64,000 nt of DNA from Clostridia bacterium (GTDB lineage Bacteria; Bacillota; Clostridia; Christensenellales; QALW01): contig JAZNXV010000024.1 in NCBI GenBank assembly GCA_045594045.1, positions 18,172 through 82,171 on the forward strand, given 5' to 3'. Below the pieces are notes generated by a model. It worked only from the letters and a program-made list of their open reading frames with translations. It made no database searches and had not been told where the DNA came from. Below, one piece after another: positions 59,001 through 64,000 of the stretch. The translations under genes were made by a program, and so were the position numbers. How positions within the stretch are numbered: position 1 is the stretch's first letter; each line of letters begins with the position of its first letter.

Positions 59001-59223
59001 TAAAAGGGGTAGAGGCAGTTCCGATAGGTGACCAATCACCTGTCAGCTCAATATTATTCATCAGCTTATAGTTGCCGCTGAGAGCAGTAGCAGATGTACC
59101 AATAGCTTCAAGCTGCTCTTGGGAATAAATCAGTATTTCGGTGTTTGCGTTTATGATAATTACCGTTGAAATTATCATAATAAACGATAAAAAATAACAA
59201 ATTAGTGTTTTAAAAAGTTTCAT
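56008..59223 (-). CDS. Secreted GLUG-repeat beta-helix protein with Ig-like domains and C-terminal type I dockerin
   Basis: Signal peptide; WSPIG..FKGRFDGNG; many GGI.G repeats; paired Ca loops GDMDGNGAVNADD and ADINCDGIVDPRD. Confidence 0.8.
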   Translation of the reverse strand: MKLFKTLICYFLSFIMIISTVIIINANTEILIYSQEQLEAIGTSATALSGNYKLMNNIELTGDWSPIGTASTPFKGRFDGNGYSIKNLSVNGDVICQGLFAYTLNAQISNLSVYGEVISYTTLPSYSSTNHEYIGGIVGGAINTVFTNCANYASIYGETAVGGICGHSKNSSFISCANYGNVFGISEVGGICGRVIGSQFSLCKNTGTIEASVNIGGIGGWAFPEGSANTITFSKCFNSGEIKTVSTRGGGICGYIQGTHNSSNSVFLVTDSFNTGKISTENTSAYLGGICGYTTKSNTDANSLIKNCYNVGLISTSSNAGGIAGGSNLVKENCFYLNNSVSVASQNDNSAPCTYEAMSDENTFSGFDFTSVWTIADEGYLFPRLRENLSSASKEATKVTINKAPIVSDYLIDDVSSVNTAGIIVRVDYNDGTYSTISSGFTLGECEFHLGMNPVTLSYMGASTILPINIYANTEDKSLFQSLRDFYPIYTAKNIENIKFFPNSNYFILNDINALDQTIFSSCGYFEPFTGRLEGNNKKISVNVSGNGMLGACKGAFITDVSFNGTVTGTGACGAFAGYAENTVFKNCQATVNLTVASENDFLYAGGIAGCIELSEPNEVEMSSLSVSGTVSASGNGKSYAVGGIFGAVFNSSTIIQTISLSTAKGTINCSADSNTYAGGLIGRVISLNNTSETIIEKCYNACNIEVNSRGETSFTGGILGDFIVSYGINSNNVLLKIRNCFNVGALSTSTNGTAVSSGILPSLRYSGVSLSSCYNAAEIKATGASVNASAISTAYLRNGSNANCYYLPYGTDDTYAAPLSKAQSLTSSAFTGFDFESVWVLMGEFIHPQLASLPFDEELLSATEGNVTISGTPTVNSVLSAPNNDKFIYSWHVDENKLAGQTASSYTVTQDDIGHTLFLKAKAYGLYKGWISSNGIYIPTPIDISSSTYLVTADSIYKISGGTTVEAFISRLSALPNTYNVKKGSVLLSDNDVISTGCVLTVSTSADEKHYTLYVLGDMDGNGAVNADDSSILRDYLLGRTSSVTLYSADINCDGIVDPRDSLLLKQMIV

Positions 59224-59263
59224 TAAAGCACGTCCATATCAAAAAAATTTAAGGAATTCTATT

Positions 59264-59794
59264 TTATAAAAGAGGAGTTCTGTTTAAAAGCTCAAATCTA
59301 AAAAGCACGTATTCGCCGTTAACCAACATAAAATCACTGCAATATGTGTAATAATTTCTGCCGTAATAAACCTTTACGGGAATTGTCAGGTCGCAGTCGT
59401 CAGTTTGGGTTCTGCTTATAGCACCAAAGCCGATGGTTACGCCTCTGTCAATTTCAGAAAGCTCTGCACGCCTTCCTTCTGTGATTTCAACGTTATAGCA
59501 CGAAAAAAGCTTTTTAAGAGTGTCCTTTTCGTTTTGGCTCATTAAAACGTCACTTGAAAATTCAAAAGAGATAAATTCCGGCTTCTTTTTAACGTATTGG
59601 TTTACAACCTGGTTAAAGGTCATATCCGTTGCTTCGTAAATAGCCTTTGCCAAGGTAGAAGAATCATTTGGAATTTCAATGGCAACGTTATCCATAATTT
59701 CGTGAGAAACATCTTGTACGTGTTCCACATTTTTAGTACAGCCTACGGTAAAAATTACCGTTAAAATAAGGCAAAACGTAAAAAGCTTTTTCAT
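59264..59794 (-). CDS. Hypothetical lipoprotein
   Basis: MKK, hydrophobic stretch, lipobox TVGC. Confidence 0.7.
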   Translation of the reverse strand: MKKLFTFCLILTVIFTVGCTKNVEHVQDVSHEIMDNVAIEIPNDSSTLAKAIYEATDMTFNQVVNQYVKKKPEFISFEFSSDVLMSQNEKDTLKKLFSCYNVEITEGRRAELSEIDRGVTIGFGAISRTQTDDCDLTIPVKVYYGRNYYTYCSDFMLVNGEYVLFRFELLNRTPLL

Positions 59795-60055
59795 AAAAAC
59801 CTCGTGCGATACAAAATATATAAACTATTATACAATAATTTTTTACTATTTGCAAATATTATTATTAATACAGTTTTTGGTGTTTTAATCTTTGGAGCAG
59901 ATATGATTGAGCTATTTTTGCCGAATTGATAAATAAAAGGCATTAAAAAGGGAAATATTTGTGAAAATTGAATTTTAATCCCTCAGTCTGCTTTACAGAA
60001 TCAAAAAAATTTTGTATCATATTATCAGGAAAACTGTTTGTAGCGGAGGCAAAAA

Positions 60056-61213
60056 TTGAATAACAAAATCACAGTTAAAAATTCTTTAAAAACGATGGGC
60101 GAGCTGATACGCAAAAGCAACGGTAAATTTTGGAGCATCGTTGTTTTAATTCTCTTACCCGTGCTTATTATAAATTGCTCCACCTTCTATTTAGCCTACG
60201 AGGGCGTTACGTTGAATTACGACGCTTTTAACGGTATTGATTGGGATACTATTGCGTTAAGGGGCGAAGAGGGAATTAAGCAATTTCAAGCCGCATTTTA
60301 TAATTTTATACCAAGCGTAAGTGCTGAAACATCAACCAATGAAATGGTTTTGCAGGCAATCGGCTCTATACTTTTAATAATGCTTGATGCGCTTTTGATA
60401 GTTCTTGGTGTTTCTGTGTTTTTTGAAAAGCAAATTGACAATACGGGAACTTTTAAAATGGCGGCAAAGAAACTTTTAAGCGTTCTGTTTATAAGCATAA
60501 TTACGTCATGGCTTTATTATGAAATACAAAACCTTGTTTTTTCGGGCGTGTTAACTATGGCGCTTGGTCTTAGTATCGGCAACACAATAATGCTGGCTTC
60601 CTTTGTTATAACGGTTGCTTTTGTTTTCTTGATAGCAACGTTTTTCGCTTGCTTTGTTACCTTAATTGCCGATTATGCACTGATTGCTTCCGTTAGCTCG
60701 CGTACGCGTCTTTTTATGTCCATTGGATACGCAAGAGAGGTTTTAAGAAAAAGAATTTTAAAGCAAATGTGGCATATTCTACCCTTTGTTATTTTAGGTG
60801 TAATCATACCTAACGCATTGATGTCTATCGGTGTTGTTTGTATGTCAAATGCCGTACTTGGCGTTTCTTTGGCGGGCATTTCCACTGTGATGCAGGTAGT
60901 TGTGCTTTCGCTTCTGTGGTTCTATCTTGTACCCGATTTCTTTACCCTCGAAAAAGAAAGCGGAATTCAAGCCAAGCTCAGAGCTATGTTTGAAGAAGCC
61001 GTAAAAATGCAGGCTGAAGATTTTATTAAGCGTGCGGGCGAAAAAAAGGAAAATTCGGATAATGCCGCGTCCGATAACGAAAAGGATAAAGTAGAAGAAG
61101 AACATTCACAAGCAGGTGCTGTTAAAAATAGTGACAGCGTTTCTGCTGCGGATAGCGACACTGATGCAGATTCGTGTGAAAGTGAAAATTCGGAAAAAGA
61201 AACAAAAGAATAA
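60056..61213 (+). CDS. Hypothetical polytopic membrane protein with acidic low-complexity tail
   Basis: TTG start after GGAGG; multiple TM segments; E/D/S-rich C-terminus. Confidence 0.7.
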   Translation: MNNKITVKNSLKTMGELIRKSNGKFWSIVVLILLPVLIINCSTFYLAYEGVTLNYDAFNGIDWDTIALRGEEGIKQFQAAFYNFIPSVSAETSTNEMVLQAIGSILLIMLDALLIVLGVSVFFEKQIDNTGTFKMAAKKLLSVLFISIITSWLYYEIQNLVFSGVLTMALGLSIGNTIMLASFVITVAFVFLIATFFACFVTLIADYALIASVSSRTRLFMSIGYAREVLRKRILKQMWHILPFVILGVIIPNALMSIGVVCMSNAVLGVSLAGISTVMQVVVLSLLWFYLVPDFFTLEKESGIQAKLRAMFEEAVKMQAEDFIKRAGEKKENSDNAASDNEKDKVEEEHSQAGAVKNSDSVSAADSDTDADSCESENSEKETKE

Positions 61214-61245
61214 ACGACAAAAAGGATTGGCTAAGGAGAATTTAT

Positions 61246-63549
61246 ATGATAAGGAAAATGATGATACTGCCACTTAGAGGTGTAGTAGTATTTCCCAATA
61301 TGACGGTAAACGTTGAAGCGGTGCGTAAGCGTTCTATAGCGGCTGTTGAAGAAGCAATGGCGGGGGATAGCTTTATAATGCTCGTTTCTCAAACAGACCC
61401 TGAAATCAAAGAGCCTCAGAAGGACGATATATTTAAAATAGGCACAATAGCGCGAATTAAGCAGATTATGCGCCTTCCCGGTGACAGTATTCGTATTGTA
61501 GCTCAAGGCGTCGGTCGCGGGGCGGTGGAAGAATTTACTAACGAGGAAAGCGGTTATTCTGGGCTTGTAAGCGATATTGAAGAAATGGAAATTTTTGAGC
61601 CCGTTGAGGCAGAAGCTCATATAAGAATGGTTTTAGACGAGCTTGAGGACTTTAACAAAAATGGCAAAAAGATTCCCCAGGACGTTGTTTCTGCAGTGCG
61701 TAAAATGCGTGCTCCCGGGCTTGTTGCCGATACTGTAGCCGCGGCGGTTGTAGATGATATGGACAAGCGTCAGGAGCTTTTGGAGGCCCTTGATCCCATT
61801 GACCGCCTTGAAAAGTTGTTTGTATTTTTAGATAATGAAAATCAGATTTTCAGCATCGAACAGCGTGTTCGTGGCAGAGTAAAAACTCAAATGGATAAGG
61901 CACAAAGAGAGTATTACCTGCACGAGCAAATTAAGGCAATTCATAAGGAATTGGGCGATAATGACGAATCGTTAAACAACGAGCTTTTGCAACGTATTAA
62001 AGCGAGTAAAATGCCTGCAGAGGTTAGAAAAAAAGCTGAAAAAGAGCTTGCAAGATTAGAAAAAATGCCTCCGACTATGCCTGAAAATGCTATTTTACGT
62101 TCTTATATCGAATGCTTGGTTGAGCTTCCGTGGAAAAAACAGACGGAGGATAATCTTGACCTTGACAACGCAATGGAAATTTTAAATCGCGACCATTACG
62201 GAATGCAAAAGGTTAAGGAGAGAATTATAGAGTATCTAGCCGTGCGCGCACTTTCCAATTCTATGCGCGGACCTGTGCTTTGCTTTGTGGGCCCTCCGGG
62301 CGTAGGCAAAACCTCTATTGCAAAATCAATAGCTTCGGCGGTAGGAAGAAAGTTTGTAAGAATGAGCTTGGGTGGACTTCGTGACGAAGCCGAAATCCGC
62401 GGACATAGGCGCACTTACGTAGGTGCGATGCCCGGCAGAATTATCTCCGAAATGAAAAAAGCAGGTACAGTAAATCCCGTATTCCTGTTTGATGAAATTG
62501 ATAAAATGGCATCTGACTACAAGGGTGACCCTTCAAGCGCTATGCTTGAGGTGCTTGACCCCGAACAGAACAATTCTTTCAGAGATAATTTCCTTGAAGT
62601 ACCCTACGATTTAAGCAACGTTATGTTTATAACTACCGCTAACTCGTTAGAGGGTATTCCCGGGCCGTTGCGCGACAGAATGGAAATTATTGAGCTTTCC
62701 AGCTATACTGACGTTGAAAAGCTGCATATAGCCCAAGAACATCTTTTAAGCAAGCAATTAAAGGAAAACGGTATGAGTGAAGGTGACGTAACCGTTTCCG
62801 ATGAAGCTATGCTTCACATAATAAATAATTATACTCGCGAGGCGGGTGTACGCTCTCTTGAACGAGAAATAGGCTCACTTTTAAGAAAATGTGCTTGTAA
62901 ATTTGTTAAAAACGGCAGAAAGACCGTTAACGTAGAAATTGAAAATTTAGAAGAATATTTAGGTAAGCCCAAATATTTCAGAGATGACGTTATGCTTGAA
63001 AATAAAGTCGGCTCGGCAACGGGCTTGGCTTGGACGAGCATCGGTGGCGAAACCCTTGAAATTGACGTAACCGTATATGCGGGCACGGGCGAGCTTTTGC
63101 TTACGGGTCAGCTTGGTGATGTTATGAAAGAGTCTGCTCGTACGGCGTTTTCACTTATTCGCTCCCGCGCGGATATTTGGAATATTATGCCCGAATTTTT
63201 TAAAGAGAAGGATATTCATATTCACATTCCCGAGGGCGCTACTCCCAAAGATGGACCTTCTGCGGGCGTAACTATGTTTACCGCAATGCTTTCTAAAATT
63301 ACCAATATTGCCGTGCGCGGTGACACTGCTATGACGGGCGAAATAACTCTGCGTGGCAGAGTGCTTCCCATCGGCGGCTTAAAAGAAAAATCACTTGCCG
63401 CGTACAGAGCGGGAATCAGGCGCATTATTATTCCTAAGGATAACGAAAAGGATATTGAAGAGGTTCCCAAGGAAGTTGCGGAAAAAATCAATTATATTCC
63501 CGTAGATAACGTTGACGCGGTATTTGAAAACATGCTGGTAAAGGAATAA
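61246..63549 (+). CDS. lon: ATP-dependent Lon protease
   Basis: LPLRGVVVFP, GPPGVGKTS, DEIDK, PKDGPSAG, GGLKEK. Confidence 0.98.
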   Translation: MIRKMMILPLRGVVVFPNMTVNVEAVRKRSIAAVEEAMAGDSFIMLVSQTDPEIKEPQKDDIFKIGTIARIKQIMRLPGDSIRIVAQGVGRGAVEEFTNEESGYSGLVSDIEEMEIFEPVEAEAHIRMVLDELEDFNKNGKKIPQDVVSAVRKMRAPGLVADTVAAAVVDDMDKRQELLEALDPIDRLEKLFVFLDNENQIFSIEQRVRGRVKTQMDKAQREYYLHEQIKAIHKELGDNDESLNNELLQRIKASKMPAEVRKKAEKELARLEKMPPTMPENAILRSYIECLVELPWKKQTEDNLDLDNAMEILNRDHYGMQKVKERIIEYLAVRALSNSMRGPVLCFVGPPGVGKTSIAKSIASAVGRKFVRMSLGGLRDEAEIRGHRRTYVGAMPGRIISEMKKAGTVNPVFLFDEIDKMASDYKGDPSSAMLEVLDPEQNNSFRDNFLEVPYDLSNVMFITTANSLEGIPGPLRDRMEIIELSSYTDVEKLHIAQEHLLSKQLKENGMSEGDVTVSDEAMLHIINNYTREAGVRSLEREIGSLLRKCACKFVKNGRKTVNVEIENLEEYLGKPKYFRDDVMLENKVGSATGLAWTSIGGETLEIDVTVYAGTGELLLTGQLGDVMKESARTAFSLIRSRADIWNIMPEFFKEKDIHIHIPEGATPKDGPSAGVTMFTAMLSKITNIAVRGDTAMTGEITLRGRVLPIGGLKEKSLAAYRAGIRRIIIPKDNEKDIEEVPKEVAEKINYIPVDNVDAVFENMLVKE

Positions 63550-63553
63550 ACCT

Positions 63554-64000
63554 ATGATAATAAAAAAAGCAATATACGATTACGGCTTTGCACTTTCAAG
63601 TCAGTACAAAGATAAGGGCTTGTCCGAAATTGCCGTAGCAGGAAAATCAAACGTGGGAAAATCAAGCTTTATAAATATGCTCGCAAATAACGGCAAGCTT
63701 TCTCGCGTGGGTCAAAAACCCGGTAAAACCATTTTAATTAACGCTTTTAAAGTTAACGATGCATTTTATTTAATGGATTTTCCCGGGTACGGCTTTGCTC
63801 GGGTCAGCGACAAAGAAAAAATGCGTTGGAGCGAGCTTATGGAGGGCTATTTAAGCTCTTCGGAGCGTTTAAAGGGCGTAATTTTATTGGTTGATATACG
63901 TCACAGCCTGGGCGCAGGTGATAAGGAAATGCTGAATTGGCTTAATTATTATCACATTCCTTTCGTTTTAGGTGCAACAAAGGCTGATAAATTAAGTGCA
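63554..64000 (+). CDS. engB: Ribosome biogenesis GTPase EngB/YsxC (3' partial)
   Basis: Manual translation MIIKKAIY..AGKSNVGKSSFIN..PGKT..DFPGYG..TKADK; lon-engB synteny. Confidence 0.93.
   Translation, partial: MIIKKAIYDYGFALSSQYKDKGLSEIAVAGKSNVGKSSFINMLANNGKLSRVGQKPGKTILINAFKVNDAFYLMDFPGYGFARVSDKEKMRWSELMEGYLSSSERLKGVILLVDIRHSLGAGDKEMLNWLNYYHIPFVLGATKADKLSA

Overview
Low-GC chromosomal segment from a spore-forming Clostridia (Bacillota) organism (spoIIID, T-boxes, era-yqzL-recO, lon-engB), probably a gut or rumen anaerobe. In order: the his operon (hisD-C-B-H-A-F-IE-K); an amidohydrolase; a 13.8 kb branched-chain amino-acid locus; an Opp ABC transporter; an HTH-GlmM fusion with a GlmU-like acetyltransferase; tRNA-Arg(CCG); tmk; a GH140-like glycosidase; a ZIP transporter; a WaaL/Wzy-like protein; an NdvB/Cgs-like cyclic beta-1,2-glucan synthase; ygiQ-era-yqzL-recO; ppdK followed by small accessory genes separated by decayed copies of the ppdK 3' end; an SGNH hydrolase; spoIIID; a GLUG/dockerin surface protein; lon; and partial engB. 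The standout is 7405-21253. Three promoter+T-box units, which I read as Leu (CUC), Ile (AUC) and Val (GUA), each gate a different AMP-forming acyl-CoA synthetase. They are followed by ilvE and a four-subunit 2-oxoacid:ferredoxin oxidoreductase. This fits starvation-induced synthesis of Leu/Ile/Val from isovalerate/2-methylbutyrate/isobutyrate by reductive carboxylation. The locus also holds an apparently catalytically dead LeuA that keeps its leucine-binding domain, and XRE-cupin-ligase fusions. All calls come from manual motif recognition; no searches were run.
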